Part shown: positions 41,385 through 55,010 of the stretch, in pieces
How positions within the stretch are numbered: the stretch's first letter is position 1
Layout of the letters: the number at the start of each line of letters is the position of its first letter
Assembly (NCBI GenBank): GCA_000004985.1
Contig: GG738853.1
Strand: one strand, 5' to 3'
Origin: Naegleria gruberi
Lineage: Eukaryota
Length of the DNA: 64,000 nt
The notes under the pieces: model-generated
What the model saw: the letters and a program-made list of their open reading frames with translations, nothing else
Databases searched by the model: none
Told to the model about the DNA's origin: nothing
Made by a program: the position numbers and the translations under genes

Positions 41385-43944
41385 TTAGTTATTTTTCTCA
41401 TCATTGGGTGGAGTGCTCAATTCTACTGGAATATTGGATTCAAGGGAAGATTTGGACATGTGCATTCGTGGTGAGTTTGAGCCAACTGGTGATTGACCAC
41501 TGTTTGATTGAGGAGATCCAACACTGCTTGTATTGGATTGACTAGTTGATGGCATGAAAGTTCTAGCTCTCTTTTTAGTTTGTTGATAATATTGAGAGGA
41601 GCTTCCAGTGTCCAATCTTCCAAAGGTTACTTGTTCCAAATTGGGTTCTTCCTGTTGTTGTTGTAATTGTTGATGATGAATGATGGTGTTGAATGCTGAA
41701 TTGTACGGAGTTGGTCTCATGGTTCCGGATCGGAGTTTGCTTGTGGAGGAGCTATTGGTATTCAAACTCTTATTGAGATAATCTCTTGGGGAAGGTGTTG
41801 ATTCATTTGGAGAGGAATATGCTTGGTCAACCAGAGAAGATGTAGAGTTTGATTGCTTAATAACACTTCCAGATCTCAATTGATTGTAATGTTCGTGAGC
41901 TAGTAAATTATCAGTGGATGGTTCTACAATGAGTGCTTGGAAATTTCTGTAATTATTTGGATCATCCATTAATAGAGATTGAGATAATTGTTGATTCTTG
42001 AATTGATCAATCCTCTTCTTATAACAGCAATATCCGCAACAAATGATATACTTTACAAAGGATCTAATTTCAGAAGATCCCAATAAGAATGCAACTGTTC
42101 CAATTCAATTCATTAAAATGTTTAAATATTGTAATACTATTAATTACATACTTCCAAAGAAAAATCCTCTCAAAGGAACGAGTCCATTAAAAAAGAAATT
42201 GTAAAATACCAAAATAAAAGTATCATCCTCAGAATTAGTTAACATGGCTATTATATTGTAATACCAATAAGCAACTTCAAATACGCCACAAATGACATAT
42301 GGCAGAATTAAGAGAGAAAGTCGCAATATTACAGAAATTTGCCTTCTTTTGGTTTCCTTCTTGGGAATGACTTGAAGTTGAGTGGAATTTAAATATTTTC
42401 CAACATATCTCCAAATAATTATTAATAATATAAAGTTTACAATGACAGTCTTTTGATATTTCAAAAAATTATTTTAAAATTCGTTCACATTAGTTAAAAT
42501 TTTCATAAAACTCCTTCAAAACTAAACCTACCAAAGTAAAATAAATATTCCATGAAATGTAAATTGCTGTAACAAATCCAGTTTTGACAGTTTTCGAAGT
42601 ATCCACCAAAGTAGTAATAAATCTGAATATGAACAACAATAAAAACACAAATAATCCAACTCCCCAAGCAACCACATGGAATGAAATTTCATATCTCATG
42701 AATGGTGACATTTTCTTCAACTTGTTCATATTTTCACTGAACATGGAATTTCTTTTTGGAGCAGTACTATCCAAATCCATCGATTGATCCAATAATCTTC
42801 TTTGATCATTTCTAAAACTAGAAATATCATGGAAATTATGTTGATGCAATTGACTAGTTTGAATAACAGCCGATTGATTACTTTGTCTCAAATCAATCGA
42901 AACTAAATGTTCACTCATTGTTGAAGATTCTTGATTATTTTCATTCATTTCACTATTTTCAGTTGTGCAATCATTGTCAATTTCCTTAAAATTTGAATTT
43001 GTGAATGAATTTTTTGAAGTATTATTCGAATTGGGCGGAGAAATTTCAGAAAGTTGTTTTTCCATCCATTTCACATTGGTAGTTGTTGCATAAATGGCAA
43101 ATGCTACAACGACACACCAAGTGGCAGTTGCTAATGATGCTGAAAAGTTGATGTGTGCAAAAAGTCGATTAATGATTGTGGCACCTGCTTTGAGTTCATA
43201 TCTAGCGATCCAAGTTGTAATATTTGAGCTATTGTCAGTTGTCAAATTTTGATCTATTGACATTATGAGGAATGGTAGTGGAATTGAGTCAATTTGAATT
43301 GGATTGAAAGAATCAATTTGAAATCCAACACGATTTTGAGCCAAGTTCATTCCAATACTTGAAGTGACATTTGGTGTGACAGCTGGTACCAAATTCCTAC
43401 TAAACATAACATCTGGAGCAACTCTAGAACACACCCACCACCACAAAATAAACAAAATTCTCGAAACTGATGAAATCAAGTCAGCAATCAACAAAGCCAA
43501 CATGCATCTCCTAATAAATTGACGTTTCTTCTTATTCACAACTTGTCTCTTCTGCTGCACACGATTTCCAACTTGTAAAACTGAAAAATTTGAAAAAATT
43601 TCTTTTTTTGTTTTTGAAATTAATTTAATTTCATTTCCAAAAACCCAAGATTGCTCCAAATAGAAAATTATTAAAATGGTAAAAGTTGAAAAAACAGAAA
43701 GTGTGGAAAAGATGAGGGCGATGATATCACTGGCGAAATCTGCATCTTGGTCATGAACACCATTGTCAATTATTTTGATTGTGGAATTGACATTTTGATT
43801 GCTGACTGATGGTGTCAATAAGAGATTTGTTTGATCCGATGTTGTTTTTTGATATGTAGTGAGATGTATTCTAGCTGTCACCAGAGTAATTTGAAAAAGT
43901 ACTATCAAAATCACAGAAGAGAAGCAAATTGTGGCGTTTGACAT
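41385..43944 (-). CDS. Polytopic (7TM-receptor-like) membrane protein, three exons
   Basis: Minus-strand exons 43944..42532, 42449..42152 and 42094..41385. The introns are GTAGGT...AAAAG (82 nt) and GTATGT...AACAG (57 nt). The phases fit and link the three track ORFs. Signal/TM N-terminus MSNATICFSSVILIVLFQITLV. At least seven hydrophobic helices. A long Asn/Ser-rich loop. A Ser-rich cytoplasmic tail in exon 3. The acceptor of intron 1 was chosen from several in-frame candidates. Confidence 0.45.
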
Positions 43945-44270
43945 TTTTTTCTAGATGGAAAAGTCGTCAATTCAAAGTGTCTTCTCATGAGTTCAGATCT
44001 AATATGACAATAATTTTCCTTTCTACCATTCTACCGAAATGTTGTTGTAATCGAACATTTAAATATTAAATACATGTTGTAAAAATGGAAATTAAAATTG
44101 TGGTCAAAAAGTTGCGACTTTGTGTGGACACACATGGATATTGAGCGATTATAATGATAATAGCGGAACGAATCTGAAGATTTTTCATGTTACATTCATC
44201 TCTAAACATTATCCGAAAGCAAACTAAAAAAAATCCGAAACTGATGACCTAGTTTCTTCTTATCATCATC

Positions 44271-47200
44271 ATGAAATTAATTTATTATATACTATTCCTA
44301 CTTTTTCTACTAACTTTCTCTAATTGTTCTTCTTCCTTCGACTTTCGAATATTTTCTCTTCCGAAAATTCAAAAGTATAATACCAAAGATATCCAACAAC
44401 AAGTAACGAATACAACAAGACGAATAGATAATCTAGCTTCGGAACTATTCGAATACTGTCCATTTCCTTTCGGGACGAATACTTTAGGTTGTTCGATGGT
44501 TCAGAAGAAATTTATTCTAAACTCTTCAATGACACTTCCCGAAATTTTAGCAAATATTACGAAAACTATTAATGAAACGATTAGTTTTCCATTAGTTTCG
44601 GATATTATCTTCCTTGTGGATGTTCATATTGAAAGAAATATTTCTCGTTCGGACTGTGCTTCGTTTCTGCAAGTTGAATTATTCGAAAGTAAGAATAATT
44701 TGCAATATTTGCAATTGTATTTAAGATTTATTGGAAACGGCAATGGAATTGATTGTGATAACCAAGGATTCTTTGCATTTACTATTAATTCATCAAAAGT
44801 TACAAGATTAGTCCAATTTCAAAATGTCACCTTTCAATCGGTTCAATTATTTGGTGAATTACTTATATTTAGAGATGTTAACTTTGATGGTGGAGTTACT
44901 GTTTATGAAAATGCAATAGTTATGTGGAAAGTAAATGGTGAACTACCTATTGGAAAGATTTCAATAGAAGAAAGTCGATGGAGATCAATTCTATTGGTGG
45001 ATTCGAATTTTGCAGTCGAATCTTTGAATTATTTGGAGAAGGTAACTTCATTGTGGATTATTAGAGTGGCATTTAAATTGAATAACGTATTCCAATTGGT
45101 GAATATTGATGATTTGATATTGGAACATGTTAAATTCATGCCAGAAATTTATGATAATCGAATTTACAAATCTCCATTTGTATCCTTACGATTTATCAAA
45201 TATGTAGTATTATTTAGAACTGAAATTGATGGATTTTCATATCAAACTGCTTTGAGTATTGAATATTCTGTTAATGTATTGATTTCATACTCATCCTTTT
45301 CGAATAATCATGTAAATTCCAAAGATTCCAATACGAATATACTCCTAGCAAAGGGACTCAATCAATTACATGTTCTCTATTGTAACTTTTTCAATAATAT
45401 TGCAGAGTATGGTTCTGTTTTTGAAATTACTGGAATAAGTTCTCTATTAATTAGTATGAATTCATTTCACAATAATACTATTGCTAATAGTGCTTTATAT
45501 TTGGGAAGATATGTCGATACGCATTATAGCTATGTGAGGATTCAGAATTCGATATTTACCGATAACAAAAGTTATTCGAAGGGAGGTGCTCTAACCATTG
45601 ACAAGTTATCCTCAGAACCTAATTTAAGCATTGAAGTTTATGGATGTTCCTTTTCTGAAAATAGTGGTGAATTTGGTGGTGCTATTCATTCATTTTCCAA
45701 ATTATTGGTCACTGGAGGAATGTTTTATTCCAATACAGCAGTTCAACAGGGAGGTGCTATCTTTGCCAAGGATGGCCTCTCTCTTAGAAGCACATATTTT
45801 ATTAATAATTCAGTAATTGATACAAGTCTAACCTATTGTACAGATAATAATTGTATTGGTAGTGGAGGAGCTGTTTCGTTTCTCGTTGAAAATGGATCAG
45901 ATTCATCCCTAGTGATATTCAGAAGCTCTTTCGATGGTAATACAGCCACTAGAGGAGGTGGTATTAGTATTAGCAGACCCGATGAGTTGAGTATTGAAGG
46001 TAATACTTTTAAAGATTGCAAAGCTGATTTTGCTGGAGGAGCACTTTTCATTAGCTCAATACTTAATCAAACATTTTCTAGCTCGCTAATTGAAAGTAAC
46101 GAATTTTCAAATAATCAAGGATTGACTTATGGGGATGATATGAGTTCAATAGTTTACACAGTCAATTGGAAATACTCAATTGATGGAAAACAGTATAATT
46201 ATTTAGATTCGAATGGAATCAAAATTTATCCTGGGCAGGTATTCTCACTTTTTCCTGAAGCTTTTGACATTTTTGACCAATACATTCCAGTATTGAAGGA
46301 AACAAGTGAATTAGGCATCAAAAATAGTGATAAATTCCAATTAGAAAGACAAGGTTATTCATTCGGTAACATATTCATTTCCGTTATCAATCAAACAGAT
46401 TTTGACTCAACAAAATTGACATTGGTGAGCGCGTTTAGTGTTACCATTTCTGAAATTCCAATTATTGTTGAACCATGCCCTTCTGATACAAGTTTAAAAC
46501 CAGCCAATTATGGAAAATCTTATGATTTCATTTGTCAGCAAAAGCCATCCTATGATTATGTTATTGCTGTGGCTGTAACTCTAACCGTACTCACATTATC
46601 ATTCTCTGTGGGAATGGTAGCAGTTTGTACCTATTTATGTGTTAAAATAACTCGAAAAGTTAATTATTGGGTTAAAAGAGATAAAGCAGAAAAGGACATT
46701 GAGAAGAGATTGTTGGAAAACGAAATAACCTACATGGAGGATCATTCTCTACAAACTGTCAACAGTACAGGATCTGGTAAGAGACAACAAGTGTCCTTCA
46801 TCATTAGTATCGATCAGATATTTCCAGAAAAGAAGATTGGAGAAGGTGGATCAGGAGTTGTCTATTTGGGAAAGTGGCATCACCATCCTGTTGCTATCAA
46901 ATGTTTGAAAATTGAAGACACTGCCAATTCTGATGAAATTGAAAAGGAAGCTGCAATGTTATGTCGATTGAGACATCCTAATATTGTGCTATTTTATGGT
47001 GTTTCACTAACACAACACAAGCAATACCTCGTAGTTGAATATTTGGAAAGAGGAAGCTTGGAAAAGTATATTCAAGATATGAAACGTCAAGAAATATCAG
47101 TAACCTTCTCTGAAAAGTTGAAACTCTTAATTGACATTGCATGTGGAATGGTTTATTTACACAGTTTGAAAATAATTCATAGGTAAGTGTGTTCATATTA

Positions 47201-47961
47201 AGAATATTAGAATTTTACCAATGAAAATTAGAGATTTGAAACCTGCCAATATTTTGATGGATGCCAACTGGACTGCCAAAGTTTGTGATTTTGGAATTTC
47301 AAAAATTATGGAAAGCACTGCTCATACGACAACTCTCTATGCAGGAACACTCTTCTACTTGGCTCCTGAATTATTACAATCGGAACATGATGAAAAAAAC
47401 AAAATTACAATCTCTGTGGATGTTTTCAGTTTTAGTATTATAATGTGGCAATTATTCTTTGAGGATAGTCCTTATATTAATACGAAATCTCCCAAACTTC
47501 ATCTATTTCAATCGGTCAACTTGAATGAAAATGGTCAACAAAAGAAAACTTCTGAACATTTGACACCATTTTCAGTATTGGCAAGAGTTTTGAAAGGTGA
47601 AAGACCTTACATTCCATGGCAAGGATTTAACAATGAAGCAGATTCTGAAATCATGATGGAATGGCTCGAAGAATACATGCCAGAATTTTCAAACTATTAT
47701 CCTCATCAAAAAGAACATGTTGTCAGTCTCGTATCAGATTATATGGAGCTAATGAAAGCTTGCTGGTGTGAAAACTATCAAAACAGACCAAATTTTGAAA
47801 CCATTCTCGGTTGTCTAATGATTTTGAAACAACACATTGATAGTTTACAGACTAATAATGTAAACAGCCCACAACATGATGGCTCCACTCCATCCAGTGA
47901 TAGGATTTTACTCCAATCAAGCACAGATATCCAACAAATCCTATCTACTAGTAGAAAATAA
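44271..47961 (+). CDS. Receptor-like TKL-type protein kinase with an extracellular Pmp-like (GGA[IL]/FxxN) beta-helix repeat domain
   Basis: Exons 44271..47182 and 47232..47961. The intron is a 49-nt GTAAGT...TTAG that splits the catalytic loop: IIHR|DLKPANIL. Signal peptide MKLIYYILFLLFLLTFSNCSS. At least six GGA[IL]/GGG motifs are each preceded by FxxN (FSENSGEFGGAIHSF, FYSNTAVQQGGAIFA, FDGNTATRGGGISI, FKDCKADFAGGALFI, ...). TM helix VIAVAVTLTVLTLSFSVGMVAVCTYLCV. Kinase motifs IGEGGSGVVYLGKW, VAIK, HRDLKPAN, CDFGISK. Confidence 0.75.
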
Positions 47962-48625
47962 CGTTGCAACCATCAATTCCGCCAAAACCTGACAGTCTTA
48001 TTCATGATTCACAAAAGGACATTTCAACAATTTATGAAATTTTCAAGGAAAATAGTTTTGAATCAGATGAATGGCTATACGAATTGGAACAACAAAAGAA
48101 GAATTTGAAATATAAGGACTTTGAAAGATCTTTCCAAGTATTTGACTGGGTAAGAGAAAGCAAAATTGACCAATCAGAAGTTATGGAAAAATTGTTAGAG
48201 TATATGAACATGTTGAACTAATCCAGAAGATAGTTTAATCATTTGTTGCAAGTTTTTGATTGTTTCACAAGGGAAGGAAGTTCAGAATATGATACATTCC
48301 AAATGATTCTCAATTATCACACAACAGTCAATCAGAATATTAGATCATTTGCAACAGATTTTGAGATTAGCAATATTGCATTACAAAATTATTAAACTAA
48401 TTCTTTTATCAAGAAGTTCAACAAACGAGGAGCTTTGTTGTATCTCATCTTTATTTGTCATTTATTGATTTTACTAATGGTTAAGCTGTTCCATTCTATC
48501 TCTGATATTATCATTGGTTATCGTAAACGATTTGATTGAGATAGACAAATTTGGACAGGTGTTGATTGAAGAGATCAAACAAGTTTCTAATGATTATTAA
48601 ATTGGCAAATGAAACAAACAGAAAA

Positions 48626-49787
48626 ATGTCTCAACCAACAACACTTATTGACCTGGGTATGCCAGGATTACTGACAGTGCAAGCGATAGATTACTCAAAT
48701 ATGACTGCTGCCAACATAACTTCTAAATATCTTCCTACCTTCATTACCAACTCGACATCGGTTGCCAATTCCGCCTTCTTTCTGGTTTACCTGTCATTTG
48801 TCCTTGTCTATTCCATCATACAAATGATAAGAGCAAGAAAACAATTGGTTAGGAATCAAGCAATTCTTTACATCTTACTTTCCCTATTTATCTTGATGTA
48901 TTTGTTCGCTTTGGTATTCAGACTAATTTATAATGGTATAGGATTGTATGCGAATTTGAATAGCAACAAAATTGATAAGGCATCCATTTTAGTGTATCAA
49001 CAAGTAATGTGGGCTAGTGGATTCATTGAGAATTTTATCTCCTTCTTTCAAATGATTCCTTTTGGAATATTTGTAATGGGTTTCATTCAATATGTATTGT
49101 AAGTTGAATTATCAATCTATTTTCCTCAATGAGATGATGAACAGCTTGTCAACTGTTCGAAAGGCAAGAGCAATGAATCAAATTGTCTATCGAGTTGTTC
49201 TTGGATTCGTTATTGGAGCTACCATTATTTCATTTGTAATTTGTACGGGATTGTGTATCTCTAATGCGCTGGTCAATCTACTCAAAAAGACAGGCGATCT
49301 CAAATTCGATGTTACTCCAATCTATGCCTCATTATTTATCGTTTACATTTCCATTTCCATATTTCAAGTTGTAATATTCACATCTAGTGGCATTCGTCTA
49401 ATCCAAACAATCAAAAAGAACAAAATCAAGGCCAACAATACCTCCTCTCAATCATTCATTCAATTAATGAATAGTCCATACACTAAAATCCTGCTACTCG
49501 TCACTGGAATCCTCCTCTGTATGGGAATTTTAATGTTATCAGTTGCCATGTCCATCGTGACTTCTCTCTATTTACCAAATTATCATATTATTGATTATTT
49601 CCTTCATGGCTTTGGAGTATCTGTATTTGCTGGTATTGTACTCTTTACATATAGTCCCATTTGGGCTAACAAGGCTAATTCTTGTAGAAGACAATCGATG
49701 GTTTCAGCTGTTTCTCCACTAGACTTTCCTACTACCGATGATTTTACATCTCCTACAACACCAACAACAGATTTATCTAGATTGTAA
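48626..49787 (+). CDS. Multi-pass (7-8 TM) membrane protein with an N-glycosylated extracellular N-terminus
   Basis: Exons 48626..49098 and 49145..49787. The intron is a 46-nt GTAAGT...AACAG. With phase 2 it yields ...FIQYV-F-LSTVRK..., and it is the only acceptor with the correct phase. The first ATG, MSQPTTLIDLG, is at 48626; the track ORF opens at a TTG. Helices include AFFLVYLSFVLVYSIIQMI, AILYILLSLFILMYLFALVF, IVYRVVLGFVIGATIISFVICTGLCI and ILLLVTGILLCMGILMLSVAMSIV. Confidence 0.5.
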
Positions 49788-50109
49788 ATGTTAGAGTGTT
49801 CTCTAGGAAAATGAATATTTCTTTTCTTTCCTTGCACAGTGATGATGAGAATTGCTACATTGATGAAGATTTTGCTTTTGATGATAAAGGAAGATGTGAT
49901 ATTGATTTATTTTTTTATTTTAAACCCTAATGACGGAAATAAGTGGTAGTTTGCAAAAAATCGAGGGGTAAAATCAGGTACCACTATCTGAACAGTGGTT
50001 TTTATCAAATCCAGACCTGGCTTTTTGAAAAAGTGAGGGGTTGATTTGCAATAAATTGAGGACTTGAATTTTTTACAATCATAACCTAAACTTTTATTAA
50101 GAGTCAACT

Positions 50110-50950
50110 TAGCAGAATGGAATGGTTGGAAAAATGACCAAGACCAAATGAATCAACAAATGAAAATGCGAGGTCTTTGAGGTTAGTAATTGGCTCCGTG
50201 AAAGTGTGAGTAAATTTCCCATCCACGTAATTATCCAAAATAGCAGATACAGTATTGTTCTTCTCAATAAAACTTGTGATTATTACACGTCTAAAATATT
50301 AGTTGCAATTTAGTTATGAAACCACTTACTTTCCACTGCTAGTAAAAGCATATTGAGATTGATTTAAGTGAAAAATCCATTGATTTGACACTAACAATGT
50401 TCCCTGAAACAGTCTTGACCACCAAATCTGAAAGGGATGTATTAATACGGAAATCCTAAAGATATCAATAAATTAATTAATTTAAATACTTACATGATTC
50501 TTATCGATTAGTCGTAGAATTAAATACCTTTGCCATTTTGCCAAAGTTGAGCACATATTTCAACAGAGCATCTTTAGTTTTACATAATAAATGATCTTTG
50601 GGAAGCAATTCTCCTAATAATTTCAATAACAATCCAATCTTTGATGTTGCAATCTCGAAAAATACAATAATAAAGAGAATAATTGTTATTGCTGTAACAA
50701 CATTCACCGCTTACCCCTTATACAATGATTCGTCAACAATACTACTACTATTGTCATTTAAATCAAATCCTCCCAATTCTCCAAAACTGAAACTCTCTTG
50801 CTCATGAAAAATTACTTCTTGTTGTCCAGATTTCAAATTTGATTCATCTATTTCCAATTTCAAATTTCCAGTTAATAATTGTTCCTTTGTTACATTTTTG
50901 CTAATATCTTCATAGTCTCTTTTACAACCTTCTTGATACGTTTTCGTTCT
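50110..50950 (-). other. Probable multi-intron minus-strand gene encoding a small TM protein. Its structure is unresolved.
   Basis: At least three minus-strand GTAAG donors are read on the plus strand as cttac, at ~50323, ~50489 and ~50710. Coding-like exon pieces include ...AITIILFIIVFFEIATSKIGLLLKLLGELLPKDHLLCKTKDALLKYVLNFGKMAK and ...GELGGFDLNDNSSSIVDESLYKG. No initiator ATG found and no homology recognised. Confidence 0.3.
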
Positions 50951-52595
50951 CTGTATGTTTTTGTGTATTGAATGTTTTTCTTCTTAACGCTTTTTGATTC
51001 ATTTTTAATGTTTCATAAATGATAGACTTCTTAATTTAGAAATTCTTCTTTCCAATAAAAGTGCTTTCTGTAGATGGTGTTGGAGCCAAGATTAGATTTG
51101 AAGAGGTTGTTATTTCAGATAAAATCAATGAAGGAGAACACCTTGACATTCAGTTGGTAGAGGATATTTGCTTGACTTTTCAAAATGAGTGTCTCTTCAG
51201 TGAAATCAAGGACAAGATCAAAGACTATTTGAGTTCAGCTTTGAAAAAGAGAAGTCGAATTGAAGTTGAATAGTGTTTGTGACTTGTAAATTGGTGTGAT
51301 GAGTGTGATGTGACAATTCTAAAAATTGAATAAACCAAATTTGTGTGCTATGGTGTGTTAGCCATTTAGGAATTGAATTTTGGTGGTCTGTTGTTTTTCG
51401 GAATGAGGTAGTTGTTTTTCAAAAGTAGCCGCCCTCTATTCTTTTTTCGAAAAATCAACTCCCGAATTTAATAAAACTTAATAGTTAAATACAGGGTACA
51501 ATTTATGAAAAACACCAACCCTGTTGTTTAGCTGTGTGATTCTGATGAAATGTGGTTTTTTGCGGTTCAGGGGTAAATCCCGTCATTAGGGAAATATTTT
51601 TTAATTTTTATTATGTCGATGAAGGACAGAAGAAGCAATGTAAGAGATGAAGTCATGAAAGTGGATGGAGAGGTAGACGGTATGATAGAGTTGTGTTTAT
51701 TGTTGTTGTTGGGAGGAATGACAAAGCAGATGAAGAATAGCTATGGTTCGGATGACAGTGATAAAAATTACAAGTAACCTACCACTTCGATATTTGAAAC
51801 ATGGAAAGTGGTAAAACAATATTAAGCCACATGATGATTGTCAACCACTTGGTGTTGTTGGGTGGTACTCAACTTGTTGTTAGTGATCCCGAAAATATTA
51901 AAATTAATATTTTGATGAAAATTAAGTTTACTTGCATCTTCTCCAACTTTGTAAGTGGTTGAAGGCAGGTTTAATAACTTTCTGGCGTTATGTTAGTGAT
52001 GAATTAGAACAAGGCTATGGTGTTCTACTTGTTCTACATGTTGAGCATCATGATGAAATATTAACAATTTGATAGAAACAATCTTGAATTAAAACATTCG
52101 CACACATTACATTGTTAACCTATGGTTGATGTCAACAAGTAATACGTATTACTTTTAGTTCTTCAATTCATCAATTGTTTTTTGAAAATTAACACTTGCC
52201 TTCTAAAATCCGTAACTGTCAATAAATTTTCTCCAAAATAATTGTGTGTAGTTCCCATAGTCCTATCCTGTTGTACATTGAATGGTTTTTAATATGATGA
52301 AGAATTGTCGAAAACAATTAGATAAGAACATGTTGATGAAAAACTGGAGTATTTTTTTATTCAAAATTATTGAAAATAGGAAAATCCAGTCGTCACAGAA
52401 AAATATTTTGCTATTCGATCCACATCTAAAATCCACTGAAGACCGTTTGTAGAAAATATTTTTTTTCACCTGATAACAAAATATCGCCATTTCCGTACAA
52501 TTAGATGATTAAGGACTCTTCCCAACACAAATAAAGGTTTTCAGTGTCGCCTAATCTGGAGGTTTGCTTGTCCTAATAGAAACAGTCCTTAAAAA

Positions 52596-54805
52596 ATGTC
52601 CAATACGCAAACAGCTGCTGCTGTGGCGTTGCCTTCCAAGGCATCACACGCTACCAGTACTCTTACAAGTCCACAAACAACAATAGAATCTTCTTCAACA
52701 TCATCATCACAAAAACAAATCGGAGAAGAACACCATCACTTTAAAGAGGAATTATCATCAACCATGTTCAAACCACCTACATCACCTGCTAAAGGTACTT
52801 CCCATTTCACCCAAACTAGCACCACCACAAACCCTAAAAGTACCTCCTCCTCCGATGAATTTAATTTAGATGCCAGGTTGAGAGAGAGATGTAATAATAA
52901 TTTAGAAAAAGTAATGTTGTTCATTGTTGCCAATAGAATCAACGTGATGGTCGTCTTTTTAACTACCTATATTCTAGCAATACTGTATGGTCGATTACAT
53001 ATTTCATGGCAGGGAAATTTGCTTAATATAAGTGTAATGCTATTACAAATATTAATCAATAGGAAAAACATTAATTCTGCAATGTCGTATGGAGATTCTT
53101 TTGCCAGTAGTGACGGTTATGAAAAGGTGAGAATGATCTTGTCCTTTACAATATTCACTGTTAGGTTTTTCCTTCATCCAACTCACAAAATTATTTTCAT
53201 TCCTCTTACTTTTATGTGGTTTACTGGCTCGAATAATGTTTACTTGAAATCAACTTTTTGGGGATTGTTTCCAACTTATTATATGACTGCTCTGTTTGTT
53301 GGGAGTTTGGGATACTTTGGTGTGATTGAATTTATTAATAATGGATTTTCGCCCGAGTTGGTAAACATGTTAATTGAATACTTGGGAATTACTTGTTGTG
53401 TTTGGATATTTTCATATTATATGGTAAATGTGACTGGCTATCTAAAATATAAGGTGGATAAATTACAGGAAACTAGGCTGGCACTGGAACATGCCTTAGA
53501 GGCAAGAAGTCGTTTCATGGCCCACATTTCACACGAGTTCAGATGTCCTATCATGTCCAGTATTGGATGTTTAGAATTGTTGAAAGAAACACCACTGAAT
53601 GAAAAGCAGAATGACTTAGTCGATACCATTGTTTCATCAAATAGTGTCTTGTTACTTTTAATAGAAGATATTTTACAAATTGTAAAAATTGAGCATGAAA
53701 TTGCTGAGGTGCCAAATTCTCAAAATGTGAGAAGTTTTAATCTCTATGAGTCACTCTTATCAATGAGAGGAATAATTTCTGGATATGCATCAATTTTCAA
53801 AGTCAAGTTAACATTTCAACTTGACGAACAAATTAAGAATAAGCTTGTATTGTCAAACGCTTCAAAGCTTCATCAAATACTTTCGAATCTCCTCACAAAT
53901 GCAGTGAAAGCATCAAAACCGGATGGAGAGGTGGTATTGTCATGTCAAGTTATTAACAGAAAGGATGACAATCTATTAGTGAGATTTAACTGTATTGATC
54001 ATGGAAATGGTATTCCACCACACTTAATTGAATCAATATTTGAACCATTTGTTCAACTTCAAAATAACCTTCAATCAAAAGTACCAAGGTAAGTGAAAAC
54101 CATTTCAAATAATCATTTACTAACTCTCTCAGTTCTGGATTGGGTTTAACAACCGTTTCTCATCTTGTCAAATCTATGGAAGGAAGGATTGACGTCTTTT
54201 CTGAAGTTGGAAAGGGTAGTAATTTCGTAATTGATTTACCGTTTAAATTGTCAGATAATCAACTGATCAATGAAGTTGACTCAATTATGGAAGCAGAAAA
54301 TAAGAGAATTGAAATGCATCTCAATGTTCACCAAAATTATCTTTCCTTAATGTCAAATCTTGAACAACGAGAAAAGACAGTTGAAGAGTCTCAATTCAGT
54401 TCAGAGATTATTATTGCAGAGGATAATCCAATTAATAGAAAGGTTATTGTAAAAATGATTAATGGTCTAGGATACAAAACTGATTTCGTTGCAGATGGAG
54501 CTGAATTGGTTAAGAGTTTTAACCCTAAAACGCACAAAGTAGTAATAACAGATATGGTATGTAATTTCAAAGTTCAATAATTAATTTAATATTCTACGTA
54601 GAATATGCCAAATATGAATGGGTTGGAAGCTGCAAAAGAGCTACGACAAAAATATGGTTCAGACTTTAGTATTTATCTTCTTACAGGAAATGTAACTATT
54701 TCCTTATCAAAAATTGATGATATTGGTTTAATTGATGGTATTCTAACCAAGCCATGTTCTAAAAGAGATTTGGAAAAATATATTTCATTAAGGTGTACTA
54801 AATAA
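52596..54805 (+). CDS. Membrane-bound hybrid sensor histidine kinase (HisKA + HATPase_c + receiver)
   Basis: Exons 52596..54088, 54133..54556 and 54602..54805. The introns are GTAAGT...CTCAG (44 nt) and GTATGT...CGTAG (45 nt). Their phases restore the G2 box (KVPS|SGLGL) and the receiver motif (VITDM|NMPNMNGLEA). An S/T-rich N-terminus is followed by about 6 TM helices. H-box SRFMAHISHEFRCP; N-box LLTNAVKAS; G1 DHGNGI; receiver aspartate in IIIAEDNPINRKV...DM. Confidence 0.8.
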
Positions 54806-55010
54806 GTGGACGTAGAGGATTGGAATTAAAATATTTTTTACATGGAAGACAACTTTCACATTTAAGGAACCTAGCAATGTAATACTTATTTTTTAAGCAC
54901 AATTGCCACTGCTCCAATATTTATGGAAAAGAAAGGATCAGTATAACAGAAATGAACCATATTGACATTAATAATGATTGGTAATTCTACATTTATTTGA
55001 GAATCATTCA

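Noticed and set aside
51061-51273. 70-codon coding-like ORF (…EEVVISDKINEGEHLDIQLVEDICLTFQNECLF…) preceded by an AATAAAAG acceptor-like site
   Set aside because: It has plausible coding composition and may be the 3' exon of an unrecognised gene. I could not identify upstream exons or any homology, so I did not call a feature.
49921-51587. 12-bp inverted match, CCCTAATGACGG at 49921 and CCGTCATTAGGG at 51576, plus nearby AGGGGTAAA(A)TC motifs. Considered as terminal inverted repeats of a ~1.7-kb DNA transposon or foldback element.
   Set aside because: Several 12-mer inverted matches within 2 kb are expected by chance in a 64-kb AT-biased sequence. No target-site duplication or transposase ORF is present. 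The similarity does not extend beyond 12 nt.
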